NCBI GenBank assembly: GCA_045118975.1
Contig: JBGVCT010000009.1
Location: forward strand, 92,269-156,268
Reading direction: 5' to 3'
DNA length: 64,000 nucleotides
Origin: Bacilli bacterium
Lineage (GTDB): Bacteria > Bacillota_I > Bacilli_A > RFN20 > DUOF01
The translations under genes were made by a program, and so were the position numbers. Of the stretch, positions 1-9,673 are shown in pieces. The notes under the pieces were generated by a model that searched no databases, was not told where the DNA came from, and saw only the letters and a list, made by a program, of their open reading frames with translations. Every line of letters starts with the position of its first letter. Position 1 is the stretch's first letter.

Positions 1-1584
1 TGTTAAATTGAATGTTTGTGAACTAACAGCAGTTTTCTTAATCTCTTCATTATGAATCACATATTCATTATCATTATCATCAACTAAAGCTATAGAACCA
101 ACAGTAGTATTAACTTGACTCTTTAATACAATTGCAAAACTCATTGTATCACCATTGTAGTAATGAGTATATGTACTAGCAAACTCTGCTCCAGCTGCAT
201 TAGATAATAACTCCATTGAATTATTATGAGTAGCAGTTATTGTAGTATTAGCAGTATATGACTTAGTATTTCCATACTTATCAGTAACTGAAATAACTGC
301 ATTCTTATATGTTATTTCTCCAGTACTTTCATTTGCATATATAACAAATGATTTTTGTACATTCTTACTTGATGAATTAACTGTATCAGAACAATTATTA
401 CATACTTTAGTGATAGATTTACTACCAACATTAAAACTAACTGAAGTGATTTTATATGTATAAGTGTTATTAGTGTAATCCATACCAGACATGTCAAACA
501 CTGTATACACTTCCATTGCCCCATATGCTTCAGTTACACTACTTGATAATGTAACCCCCTCAATTTTAGGACTTTTTGTGGCAACAATTAAAAATTTATC
601 TGTACAATCAACTACTTTTGTTACGGTTGATCCTTCCTTACCAACACCATACATATCAATTGCGACAATTGTATATTCATGAAAATTAAACTTATTATAT
701 ACGTCACTTTCAAATACTCCAGTCAACTTAGTATTTGTTATTTTTGCTTGAGAATAATTTGTATATGATGTAAGTGAAACTACTTCTGATGAAGTTTTTT
801 TGTTATTTAAATCTGTGTAAGTAACAAATGCTTTACTACCAGTGTTTAGTTTGAATTTAGTTTTAACTGTATAATAATAAGAAGATTTAGTAGATGATCT
901 ATTGTAATATGCTTCTCCATTAACTACCTTACCTGATTGATAAGATAAATCTCCCTCAGTTGTAGAAGTATTCAATTGGTTCCATAAAAATGTTGTATCT
1001 GATTTTTTAAGTAGTACACCACTTGAATTTCCTTGACTTGCACTATTGATATAATTTATCGAACTATAAGAATCCCATGAACAACCAATAAAACAGAATC
1101 CTTTTTTCTCTAGTGATATTGTAATCTTGATATCATTTACATTTTTATAGTTAGTAAAAGTACTATTATCAAGTGCTTTTTGTAGATATATAGTTATCTC
1201 ATCATTGTTACTTCTAGATCCAAAGTTTGATATAGCATATCCCCCAGCAGGTACCGCACCCTCATTTGCATTTAAGTTTCTGATTGTATAAGTATCTCCT
1301 TCTACTAGTTTAAGTTTAGTAGAATTACCTACAGTTATAGCAATCTCTTTAATTCTTATTTGCTTAGAATTAGAATAGGCAACAGTATATCCAGCCTTAT
1401 CATCTTGTCCATAGATAACAATAGTATCTTTGAAATTTGTTATGTAGCCATCTGCATCATATTTTACTCCAACAGCATCGCTATTGTAGTAAAATTTATA
1501 AGCATCTGCTTCATTTGCCCCAAAAACAAACATCGAGGCAATAAATCCACATACAAGTGCAAAATATTTAATAATATTTTTCAT
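1..1584 (-). CDS. Secreted Ser/Thr/Asn/Tyr-rich (probably beta-rich surface/extracellular) protein. The 3' end runs off the left edge, leaving 528 codons in the window. It is absent from the supplied ORF track.
   Basis: Manual reverse-complement translation from the ATG at 1584-1582, with RBS AGGGAG about 9 nt upstream, gives MKNIIKYFALVCGFIASMFVFGANEADA/YKFYYNSDAVGVKYDADGY... This is a Sec-type signal peptide with an A-x-A cleavage site. The frame stays open to position 1. The track lists only short antisense or out-of-frame ORFs here, presumably because no stop codon lies inside the window. Confidence 0.6.
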   Translation of the reverse strand, partial: MKNIIKYFALVCGFIASMFVFGANEADAYKFYYNSDAVGVKYDADGYITNFKDTIVIYGQDDKAGYTVAYSNSKQIRIKEIAITVGNSTKLKLVEGDTYTIRNLNANEGAVPAGGYAISNFGSRSNNDEITIYLQKALDNSTFTNYKNVNDIKITISLEKKGFCFIGCSWDSYSSINYINSASQGNSSGVLLKKSDTTFLWNQLNTSTTEGDLSYQSGKVVNGEAYYNRSSTKSSYYYTVKTKFKLNTGSKAFVTYTDLNNKKTSSEVVSLTSYTNYSQAKITNTKLTGVFESDVYNKFNFHEYTIVAIDMYGVGKEGSTVTKVVDCTDKFLIVATKSPKIEGVTLSSSVTEAYGAMEVYTVFDMSGMDYTNNTYTYKITSVSFNVGSKSITKVCNNCSDTVNSSSKNVQKSFVIYANESTGEITYKNAVISVTDKYGNTKSYTANTTITATHNNSMELLSNAAGAEFASTYTHYYNGDTMSFAIVLKSQVNTTVGSIALVDDNDNEYVIHNEEIKKTAVSSQTFNLT

Positions 1585-1742
1585 TTACATCACTCCCTAA
1601 TACAATAATACCCTAACCATTATACCATTTCAAACAATAAAAGAAGTTACCCACAATACAATTTTTGACAAAATTTGTTCATAAAATTTACATCCGTCCA
1701 TTAATTTGTTACATTTTAAGAGTATGGAGGCAGTTTGATAAT

Positions 1743-2357
1743 ATGGAGTATGACTTATTAAAAGAGATAGATGCTCAATATTTAATTGAGTATCTAAATG
1801 ATTTAAACACCACAATTTTATCATGGAAAGATAGACTTAACTATGTCCATGTTGAATATCAAGACTTATTAGAATTCGATTCTAAAAACGAATATGCAAT
1901 AAGTGACAAGAAAGAAGAATTCAATGCATTAAGCAAAGAATACTATTATGAGATAATGAATAAAATGAGAAGAACAAAACTTGAAATATCTTCAATTTAT
2001 TCTTATATCATCAAAGATAAATTATTTTTAGAGATGATTACTGACAAAGAATTACTAACTTATTTTAGAGAGTGCGCTACTTTAAGTGAAGAAATAACTA
2101 AAAATGTTTCTAAATTAAGAGAGTTATCTTTATCTAGCAAAGATGTCAAAGAATATAAAAAAGGTTATGAATATAACCTACTTGATATAGATGACACTTT
2201 CTATCAAGATTATAACGATGAAGTAGAGAACTTATATTTTGAAGATACAACTGATTTTTATAAGTGTTTAGATAAAGAGTTACAAAAAGCAACAAAGTCT
2301 ACTCTAACTCTTAAGAAAATGATCAAAAATAAGACAATAACTTATAAACACGCCTAG
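1743..2357 (+). CDS. Hypothetical acidic, Tyr/Glu/Lys-rich helical protein (204 aa)
   Basis: Track ORF 1665..2357. The upstream part overlaps a TTGACA -35-like box (1665-1670). I prefer the internal ATG at 1743 (MEYDLLKEID...), preceded by GGAGG at 1726-1730. An intrinsic terminator follows. No family recognised. Confidence 0.5.
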   Translation: MEYDLLKEIDAQYLIEYLNDLNTTILSWKDRLNYVHVEYQDLLEFDSKNEYAISDKKEEFNALSKEYYYEIMNKMRRTKLEISSIYSYIIKDKLFLEMITDKELLTYFRECATLSEEITKNVSKLRELSLSSKDVKEYKKGYEYNLLDIDDTFYQDYNDEVENLYFEDTTDFYKCLDKELQKATKSTLTLKKMIKNKTITYKHA

Positions 2358-2376
2358 AGAAATCTAGGTTTTTTTA
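2353..2376 (+). terminator. Rho-independent terminator
   Basis: Stem CCTAGA, loop GAAA, stem TCTAGG, followed by a T7 run, overlapping the TAG stop of the upstream gene. Confidence 0.6.
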
Positions 2377-2426
2377 TTTTTTCTTGTTTATCTAGAAAAA
2401 TAATTGTAGAAATCCCCTTTTAACCA

Positions 2427-2435
2427 TGTTAAAAT
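2427..2435 (+). promoter_or_regulatory. Extended -10 promoter element (TGTTAAAAT) for ankyrin paralog A
   Basis: The block taacCATGTTAAAATG recurs almost identically at 3147-3160 upstream of paralog B. The track ATG at 2434 sits inside this element, so it is unlikely to be the true start. Confidence 0.4.
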
Positions 2436-2466
2436 GTCTCTAGGTATGAGTAAAGGAGCGATGAAA

Positions 2467-3084
2467 ATGAAAGATGGAACAAGAATAAAGAAACTATTAG
2501 AGAAGATGGAATATGGTAATTATGATGAAAACTTCGAATTATTAGAAATTGCATTTGGTGACCTTAGTAGAGTTTCTAAAAACACAGGTAAAAACATAAT
2601 ACAAGAACTTGTGAGTAGAAAATATGATGAAAAGAAATTAGAGGTTGCGATAAGAACTTTGTTTAGAAAACTTAACTTTGATCCTAATCACTTAGATAAG
2701 CGCCAACGTAACTTCGTTCAACTTGCTATTCAAACTGGATATAGTTGTAACTTCGTTTGTGATTGCATAAGAATGTCTCTAGCTCGTGGGATTGATGTTA
2801 ACCACACAGATGACTTAGGTGACACAGTTGTTCACACTGCAATAAAATCCACTAATTTCAAAGATTCATTCACACCTTTATTAAAATTAGTAGATGTTCA
2901 CGGATATAAAGCAAGTACAAAAAATAATGATGGTAAAGATATAAGCGATTTGATATTTGAATCACACAAATATGATAAGATTGCAAAGATGAAAATAATT
3001 TCTGACATGATTGATATTGTAGGAAGACCTAAAAACTTAATTGTAAAGGCTCCTAGACCAATATTACCAACAAGCAAAAAATAA
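2467..3084 (+). CDS. Ankyrin-repeat protein, paralog A (about 205 aa, about 3 ANK repeats)
   Basis: ANK-like motifs: GIDVNHTDDLGDTVVHTAIKS...LLKLVDVHGYKASTKNNDGKDISDL and NFDPNHLDKRQRNFVQLAIQTGY. Start chosen at the ATG 9 nt after AAAGGAG, the same RBS/double-ATG layout as paralog B. No signal peptide. Confidence 0.7.
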   Translation: MKDGTRIKKLLEKMEYGNYDENFELLEIAFGDLSRVSKNTGKNIIQELVSRKYDEKKLEVAIRTLFRKLNFDPNHLDKRQRNFVQLAIQTGYSCNFVCDCIRMSLARGIDVNHTDDLGDTVVHTAIKSTNFKDSFTPLLKLVDVHGYKASTKNNDGKDISDLIFESHKYDKIAKMKIISDMIDIVGRPKNLIVKAPRPILPTSKK

Positions 3085-3109
3085 GCACTATTTAAATAGT
3101 GCTTTTTTT
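3084..3109 (+). terminator. Rho-independent terminator
   Basis: Palindrome AGCACTATTT/AAATAGTGCT followed by a T7 run. Confidence 0.6.
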
Positions 3110-3150
3110 ATGCCCTCACAAAAAAAATTCTATACATGCGGGTTTAACTA

Positions 3151-3159
3151 TGTTAAAAT
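3151..3159 (+). promoter_or_regulatory. Extended -10 promoter element (TGTTAAAAT) for ankyrin paralog B
   Basis: Same TGTTAAAAT block as at 2427-2435, so the regulatory region was duplicated along with the gene. Confidence 0.4.
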
Positions 3160-3189
3160 GGTGACGAATTAGACAAAGGAGCAATGACT

Positions 3190-3765
3190 ATGAATTATAC
3201 TAAGACAATCGAAAAAATTTTAAGCAAAATGAAAGAAGACAAATTAGATGCTAATGTCGATTTAATAGAGGTAGCATTTGGTGATTTAAAGTATGAAAGT
3301 GAAGACTATGATGAAAACTTATTACATCTTTTTGTAGATAGATTATATGATGAAGATAAGTGCTTAATCGCTATTAGAACATTACTTCATGCAGGGTTAA
3401 ATCCAAATCATTTAGATACTTGTGAATATAACTTTATCCAAACTGCTATTGATACTGGTTATAGCGAAAAATTTGTATATGCTTGTATTAATGAAGCTTT
3501 GAAATATGGATTAGATGTTAATCATAAAGAAGAAGATGGAGATACTATTATCCACACTGCTATAAGAGCTGATGATTACAAAGATAACTTTTTACACATT
3601 TTAGAGTTATTGGTTAATAATGGTTATGATGCTAATTTGAAAAATAAAGATGGTAAAACAATTGATGATTTAGTATTTACAAGTTCTAAGTACACTAGAG
3701 GTGCTAAAAGACAATTAGTAATTGGAATGGATAAATATTTAACTGTAACTAATAAAAGAAGATAA
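3190..3765 (+). CDS. Ankyrin-repeat protein, paralog B (about 191 aa)
   Basis: Collinear with paralog A through shared strings AFGDL, AIRTL, NPNHLD, NF(I/V)Q.AI.TGYS, DVNH, GDT(I/V)(I/V)HTAI and KN.DGK.I.DL. The ANK consensus is visible. There is no terminator before the next gene (13-nt gap). Confidence 0.7.
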   Translation: MNYTKTIEKILSKMKEDKLDANVDLIEVAFGDLKYESEDYDENLLHLFVDRLYDEDKCLIAIRTLLHAGLNPNHLDTCEYNFIQTAIDTGYSEKFVYACINEALKYGLDVNHKEEDGDTIIHTAIRADDYKDNFLHILELLVNNGYDANLKNKDGKTIDDLVFTSSKYTRGAKRQLVIGMDKYLTVTNKRR

Positions 3766-3778
3766 GAGGATATTATAG

Positions 3779-6550
3779 ATGCCAGAGATAGCTTTTGATG
3801 AAGCTTGCGAACTATTAAAATTACTAGATTTTCATTCTCTTCATGATGAAAAGCAAGCTAAGATTGATGCTGATAATTATATAAATAACACTATTACGCT
3901 TGATAAGCTAACTCCTAGTGGTATCTATTTTGTAATTAAAAAATTAGAGGGTTTAAAACAAAGTGAATTCATAAAGAATAATATAGAGAGAATACTTCAA
4001 GATGATGAAGATATTTTCATCTATAACATGATGGCTCCAAAATCATTACCACACTTTTTAAACTATACTTCCCTTAAAACTATTTACGAGCTTGCTCCCA
4101 CTATATTTGATAAGATTTTAGAGGATGGTTTTACTGGAATTATCGAAAAACTAACAAAAGAAGAACTTATTTGTTTCTTTAAAGAGTTCAAAGACAAACT
4201 TAATTGTCTAGAAAACACTAAGTTCATTTCAAATATTGCAATGCTTAGATATAAATCTCCTAGAGATCACTCTATTTTAGATGTTGTCTTAGATTTATAT
4301 AAAGATAAAATAAGTAACCTTCACGGGCATGATTTGTTAAAATATTTTGAATTTATTATAGATAGTAATAAGGCATATGAATATATAGAAAAAAATAAGG
4401 ATAGATTTATTAGCGCTATAAAAGAAACTGATCCTGGATTACTACATTTCTTCTTACTAGAATTAGATTGTGATAACAAGAAAACAGCACTTTTAAATTT
4501 AGCCGCAACTAGTATTGATAATAACTTTTTAAACAAAGTTATTGAATCTTGTTCTTTAGATTCTGTCTTATTTCTTTATAAAAAAGATCCTAGTTTATTT
4601 AAAAGAATAAAACTAGAATCTATTGTAAAGTCTGGAAATAAAGATTTTGCTTTTAAGCAAGAAGATTTAAAAGAACTTTTAGATACATATCCCCTTGAAT
4701 CAATAGAAATGTTACACACCATTCTAACTCGTTCTTATTTTTCTCATTCAATTAATCCTGTAGCTAAGTATTTAGAAGAAAAATTCAGATCTAATATAGA
4801 GATAAATGGTAAACTATCTAGAATAAATGAAAAAACAAATGTTTACTCTAATGAATATTTAAAAAATCTAAAAGAAATACAAGCACTTAATCTAGATAGT
4901 ACAAGTAAAATATATCAAGATCATTTAAGAATATTTATAAGGTATCTAATTGATAGAGATGTTATTGATATTCCAAATAATGATGAAGTAAAACAATTAG
5001 ATATTTACTTTCATCGCATCTTAAAGGGTGAATCTCTTGTTAGACTTATTGCTCTTAATAGTATTCAAGATATAGCAATGTTAAATCGACATAGAGCTAT
5101 AGAGTTTGATGCTGAGGAATTAAGTGTTAATCAAATTGCTAGTTATAACATAAAAGAACATAAACAGTTATATTCAAGTTATATGGGAGAACCTTTTTAT
5201 CAAAGAGAATATAAATTACTAACTTTAAAATTAATGTTAATGTTAGGTTATAAAGGTGCTAGTTATGTATTAAGTATAGATAACTCCCTTCCTACTCTAG
5301 AGCATCTTGTAGGTAATGTAGATGTTAGTGAAATTAATCTAGACAACAATCACAATCCTATACTAAACAAAAGATTTATTAACATTATGTTTAATGATAA
5401 AGATAATCCTAGAATAAAAGAAATGTTAAATGATAAAACATCTCTTTTATATAAATATTTCCCTAGAATGTTTAATGAATGGTCTGTTATAAGAATTAAT
5501 CATAAAGACAACAATTTAACTTCTATATTTGAATTTCTAGAGGGAGAAGATATTCACTTACCTCCTAGATATTATAAATTAGAAAAAGAATTAAAATATG
5601 TAGGATGTAAAAGCAATATTGTTAATGAAGCTATGGCTTTACATGACGCAATGTTAGATAGATATACTTCTAGTATTCCTAGAGTAAAAGGTAGTGTTGA
5701 TGAATACACTTATGAAGTAATAAGATATGATGATTTAGAGGGTATCTCTGTTGGTAATAAGACGAATTGTTGTTTCACTATAAAAGGAAGAGCATTTACT
5801 TGTTTAAAACATGCTCTAGCTTCAAGTAATGGAAGAGTTTTAATAGTTAAAAAGAACGAGGAATTAGTGGCGCATTCTTGGTTATGGAGAAATGGAAATT
5901 TGTTATGTATTGATAACATTGAAGTTAATAAAGGAGTTACCACACCTGAATTTTTTGCTTGTTATAAAGATTTTGTAAATAACATAGTAACTGAGTCTAA
6001 TATAAAAGAAGGAAGTGAAGCAATTCACACTGTTACATTAGGAAAATCAACATTTGACTTTAGAATTCCTGAATTAAGTGATTATAAAAATATGAGAATT
6101 ATTACTTTTCCTAAAGAAGAAAACGAAGACTCTATCATCGTGGATTCTCTACCTCAACCTATAGAGTATGTTTCTTATAGTGATTCAAACAAAAAACAAT
6201 ATATCTTATATGGAGATATGGATTATAGTTTGTATGCTCCAAACTCAATATATGAAGATGAAAGATTAGAAACTTATGTATACAAAAAAAGTGATGACAC
6301 TAATAAAGAAACAAAAGAGAAAATAGAGAAACATTTAAATTATTTACGTCATTTAAAAGAAAAAGATAATCCTAATTTCACTATCTCTGATTTACACAAT
6401 ATAGAGATTTTATATATTAATAGTGACTACTATATTGCTATCAATAAAAAAGGAGAAATTGAAAGTTATCTAATACAAAATGATCCTAGAGCTAATGTAG
6501 AATACAATAATATTCTTATTTCAATAAATAAAAAAGTTAAGAGTGTTTAG
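3779..6550 (+). CDS. Large cytosolic protein of unknown function (923 aa). The N-terminal ~600 aa look like helical repeats. The C-terminal module contains an N-CC motif shared with the LRR protein at 24958..27315.
   Basis: Long uninterrupted ORF with RBS AAGAGGA. No signal peptide or TM segment. The core ...GNKTNCCFTIKGRAFTCLKHALASSNGRVLIVKKNEELVAHSWLWRNGNLLCIDNIE... (CC at about 5770-5775) resembles ...GRYCNDCCGHIEG...TLVIKDKTNRIISKAVFYVNSDNEIIINGVY... in the other protein. Confidence 0.7.
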   Translation: MPEIAFDEACELLKLLDFHSLHDEKQAKIDADNYINNTITLDKLTPSGIYFVIKKLEGLKQSEFIKNNIERILQDDEDIFIYNMMAPKSLPHFLNYTSLKTIYELAPTIFDKILEDGFTGIIEKLTKEELICFFKEFKDKLNCLENTKFISNIAMLRYKSPRDHSILDVVLDLYKDKISNLHGHDLLKYFEFIIDSNKAYEYIEKNKDRFISAIKETDPGLLHFFLLELDCDNKKTALLNLAATSIDNNFLNKVIESCSLDSVLFLYKKDPSLFKRIKLESIVKSGNKDFAFKQEDLKELLDTYPLESIEMLHTILTRSYFSHSINPVAKYLEEKFRSNIEINGKLSRINEKTNVYSNEYLKNLKEIQALNLDSTSKIYQDHLRIFIRYLIDRDVIDIPNNDEVKQLDIYFHRILKGESLVRLIALNSIQDIAMLNRHRAIEFDAEELSVNQIASYNIKEHKQLYSSYMGEPFYQREYKLLTLKLMLMLGYKGASYVLSIDNSLPTLEHLVGNVDVSEINLDNNHNPILNKRFINIMFNDKDNPRIKEMLNDKTSLLYKYFPRMFNEWSVIRINHKDNNLTSIFEFLEGEDIHLPPRYYKLEKELKYVGCKSNIVNEAMALHDAMLDRYTSSIPRVKGSVDEYTYEVIRYDDLEGISVGNKTNCCFTIKGRAFTCLKHALASSNGRVLIVKKNEELVAHSWLWRNGNLLCIDNIEVNKGVTTPEFFACYKDFVNNIVTESNIKEGSEAIHTVTLGKSTFDFRIPELSDYKNMRIITFPKEENEDSIIVDSLPQPIEYVSYSDSNKKQYILYGDMDYSLYAPNSIYEDERLETYVYKKSDDTNKETKEKIEKHLNYLRHLKEKDNPNFTISDLHNIEILYINSDYYIAINKKGEIESYLIQNDPRANVEYNNILISINKKVKSV

Positions 6551-6565
6551 CCCTTAACTTTTATT

Positions 6566-7819
6566 TTACTTATTTAATATTTTATTTAGTGCCAGTAAGA
6601 TACCTAGTTTTCCATATTCATAAGTTAATCCACCTTGCATGAATATTGTATATGGAGGCACAACTGGTCCATCACAACTAAGTTCAATTGTACTACCCTC
6701 AGTAAAACTACCACTAGCCATTACTACCTCATGATTATATCCAGGCATTGGTGAAGGAATTGGAGAAACATAACTCTCTACAGGACATGCACTTTGAATT
6801 CCTTGACAGAACTTAACCATTTTATCTGGGTCATTTAAAGTAATTGTTTGAATAACATCTGTTCTATATTCATTGTATTTAGGATCTACATCAAATCCTA
6901 ATTTTTCTAGCATTAGTGAAGCAAAAGTCATTGTTTTAAGACTAGAGCACACTACAGTTGGTGACAAATATAATCCCTTATAAAAAGACATATTTTGATT
7001 CATATTGGCACCAATATCTTTACCAATACATGGAGCACTAAATCTTTCTGCTACATCATTTATTAAATCCTTGTTACCAACAATATAACCACCAGTTTTA
7101 GCAATACCTCCACCTAAGTTCTTCATCAAAGAACCTACAATGATATCTGCTCCAACTTCAATTGGTTCTCTCTCTTCTACAAAATCCCCATAGCAATTAT
7201 CAATCATTATGATAACTTCTTTATTTACTTCTCTTATAGCCTTTATTGCTCTTTCAATCTTTTCAATAGTTAAGCTCTTTCTTTGACTATATCCTCTAGA
7301 TCTTTGAATTTCTACTAACTTAACATCATTTCTAGCTAATCTATTTTGAATTGCTTCGATATCAAAATCATTATTTATTAGATCTATTTCTTCATACTTA
7401 ACGCCATTAGCCATTAAAGAGTTTCTACTTTCCCCTTCAATACCTATAACACCTTTTAAAGAGTCATATGGAGTACCTGTAATAGAAATCATAGTATCCC
7501 CATGCTTTAATAAACCAAAGAAAGTCAAACTCAAAGCATGAGTTCCTGACATAATTTGTGGTCTAACTAGAGCATCTTCAGCCTTAAAAATATCAGCATA
7601 TATTTGCTCTAATTTATCTCTACCTGCATCACTATAACCATATCCTGTAATTTCATTAAAATCACTACCAGATACCATATACTTTTGGAAAGCACTTAAT
7701 ACTTTAGAACTATTAATTAATGCATTGTTCTCATAATGAGCATAAATCTCCCCAAGTTCTTTTTCAGCTTCATTTGCTAGTTTTAATAACTCGCTATCAA
7801 TATTTAAATTCTTATACAT
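6566..7819 (-). CDS. PLP-dependent C-S lyase-like protein of the 'aluminium resistance'/YnbB family (methionine gamma-lyase-like fold)
   Basis: 417 aa. The N-terminus ...ALINSSKVLSAFQKYMVSGSDFNEITGYGYSDAGRDKLEQIYADIFKAEDALVRPQIMSGTHAL... is typical of this family. Confidence 0.75.
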   Translation of the reverse strand: MYKNLNIDSELLKLANEAEKELGEIYAHYENNALINSSKVLSAFQKYMVSGSDFNEITGYGYSDAGRDKLEQIYADIFKAEDALVRPQIMSGTHALSLTFFGLLKHGDTMISITGTPYDSLKGVIGIEGESRNSLMANGVKYEEIDLINNDFDIEAIQNRLARNDVKLVEIQRSRGYSQRKSLTIEKIERAIKAIREVNKEVIIMIDNCYGDFVEEREPIEVGADIIVGSLMKNLGGGIAKTGGYIVGNKDLINDVAERFSAPCIGKDIGANMNQNMSFYKGLYLSPTVVCSSLKTMTFASLMLEKLGFDVDPKYNEYRTDVIQTITLNDPDKMVKFCQGIQSACPVESYVSPIPSPMPGYNHEVVMASGSFTEGSTIELSCDGPVVPPYTIFMQGGLTYEYGKLGILLALNKILNK

Positions 7820-7876
7820 AAAATCACCACTAGTATTATACTAGTTGTTTATTTTTTTTAAAATATTTATTGATAA

Positions 7877-7905
7877 TTGACAAATAAAAAAGTCCCTTTT
7901 AAAAT
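7877..7905 (+). promoter_or_regulatory. Sigma-A-type promoter for pnuC-like gene
   Basis: TTGACA (7877-7882), 17-nt spacer, TAAAAT (7900-7905). AAGGAG RBS lies before the ATG at 7932. Confidence 0.5.
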
Positions 7906-7931
7906 ATTTAGCGTATTAAGGAGAAAACTAT

Positions 7932-8831
7932 ATGGAAGAAACAAAAAAACAAAATTGGTTAGTTAGACTATGGAATTACTATTCTACATATGAAAAAATT
8001 TGGTTTTTCTCAATCACTATATTAGCATTCGTATTTGCTTTTATTTTTCCTGAAGAAGATATCGGGGGAGTAAATGGTAAAGTTATAATGGCTCTATACT
8101 TGGTTGATATATTTTCAAACATCTTGTGTGAATTACTAATTTCTAAACAAAGCAAATGGAATTTCTTAGTATCACTTGTTGTAGAGTTTACTGAAATTGC
8201 TATTTGTATTGTATGTGCTTACAGATTTGCTACAATGGCTACTACAATATTCTTCTGGGTTCCAGTTGATATTATAAGCTTCTTTGTATGGCACAAAAAC
8301 CCAGATAGAGAAAAGAATGAATTAACTGAAGTTAGAACATTAAAAGGATGGCAAGAATTACTAGTTATCCTAGGAATTATTGTTTGGACTATTGGAATTG
8401 GTTATTTATTAACTCTTATCAATGTAGAAGAAGGTATCTTATCAGATAATCCTGTATTATTGAAAGTTGTATGTTATCTAGATGCTTGTTGTAGCGTTGT
8501 AGGAATTGCAAATGGATTATTTATCTTATTTAGATTTAGAGAACAATGGTTTGCTTGGTATATTGCTACATTCCTAGAAATAGCAATGAACATTATTGCA
8601 GGACAATGGGTATTATTAGTACTTAAAGCTGGATATTTATCTAACACAACTTATGGTATGATCAAATGGAGTAAGTATATAAAGAATAAAGAAATGAAAG
8701 ACAAAATACTTACTACAGGAGTAGATACTAATAAAGAAGAAATATATAATAAACTTACAAAAAAAGTAAAACCAATGAGCAAAACTAACAAAACTTCTAA
8801 TGAAGAAATATCTATAAATGAAGCAAATTAA
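7932..8831 (+). CDS. pnuC: PnuC-like nicotinamide riboside transporter with a ~60-aa Lys/Asn-rich C-terminal tail
   Basis: Multi-TM protein with PnuC-like N-terminal layout (WFFSITILAFVF..., Trp-rich helices ...FFWVPVDIISFFVWHKN...). Assigned from recalled family features only. Confidence 0.55.
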   Translation: MEETKKQNWLVRLWNYYSTYEKIWFFSITILAFVFAFIFPEEDIGGVNGKVIMALYLVDIFSNILCELLISKQSKWNFLVSLVVEFTEIAICIVCAYRFATMATTIFFWVPVDIISFFVWHKNPDREKNELTEVRTLKGWQELLVILGIIVWTIGIGYLLTLINVEEGILSDNPVLLKVVCYLDACCSVVGIANGLFILFRFREQWFAWYIATFLEIAMNIIAGQWVLLVLKAGYLSNTTYGMIKWSKYIKNKEMKDKILTTGVDTNKEEIYNKLTKKVKPMSKTNKTSNEEISINEAN

Positions 8832-8856
8832 GGATGAGAAATCATCCTTTTTTTTA
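8831..8856 (+). terminator. Rho-independent terminator
   Basis: Stem AGGATGA, loop GAAA, stem TCATCCT, then a T-run. Confidence 0.6.
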
Positions 8857-8872
8857 TAAATAAAAAAGGTAG

Positions 8873-9616
8873 CTAATTGCTACCATATTGTCCTCCATCA
8901 ACCCTTATAACACTATTGTTTATAAATCCCGCATCATCACTTACTAAAAACCTAACCATCTTAGCAACATCACTTGGAGTACCAATTCTATTAACCAAAA
9001 TCTTTTCTGTCTCATTTTTTATAAATTCTTCATCCATACCTTCAAGTTCGCTTTCTGTACCAATAAAGCCAGGAGCAATAGCGTTCACTGTCACATATGG
9101 GGCAAACTCAATAGCCATATTGTGAGTTAAAGATATAAGTGCAGCTTTAGAGGCATCATAATCAAAACATACAGGATAATAAGTATTAATCCCATTAGTA
9201 GAACTTATATTGATAATTCTACCCCATTTATTATTAATCATGTCTTTGCTTACATACTTACTAACTAAAAACACTCCAAGAACATTAACATCCATTGTTC
9301 TTTTAAAATCCTCAACACTTTTTTTATAAAAGAAATCATTATAATTAACTGCAGCATTATTAACTAAAATATCCACACTTCCTAATTTAGAATGAATTTC
9401 TTCTACCATGGATTTTACTTCTTCTTCATTACTAACATCACATTTAACAACTAAACTTCTTACATTATATTTAGAAATTTCTTCGTTTAACTCATATGCT
9501 TCTTTTTCACTAGTATTATAGTTAATTACCACATCATAACCATTACTAGCCAATTCCCTTACTATCTCTTTTCCAATTCCCTTACTAGAACCAGTAACTA
9601 AAGCAACTTTACTCAT
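8873..9616 (-). CDS. Short-chain dehydrogenase/reductase (FabG-like 3-oxoacyl reductase)
   Basis: TGSSKGIG Rossmann motif, NNAA, and a Y-x3-K (YDASK) catalytic motif. 247 aa. Confidence 0.85.
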   Translation of the reverse strand: MSKVALVTGSSKGIGKEIVRELASNGYDVVINYNTSEKEAYELNEEISKYNVRSLVVKCDVSNEEEVKSMVEEIHSKLGSVDILVNNAAVNYNDFFYKKSVEDFKRTMDVNVLGVFLVSKYVSKDMINNKWGRIINISSTNGINTYYPVCFDYDASKAALISLTHNMAIEFAPYVTVNAIAPGFIGTESELEGMDEEFIKNETEKILVNRIGTPSDVAKMVRFLVSDDAGFINNSVIRVDGGQYGSN

Positions 9617-9673
9617 ATTATCACCTAGTAATATATTACTATATTAAAATTATTAACAAAAGAAAAAGAGCTA

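Noticed and set aside
2467-6550. Interpreting the ANK-ANK-923-aa block as a polymorphic toxin with ankyrin immunity proteins.
   Set aside because: The large protein has no secretion, delivery or recognisable toxin domain. The ANK genes precede rather than follow it, and no T6SS, T7SS or CDI genes are adjacent. The idea is kept only as something to test within the broader finding.
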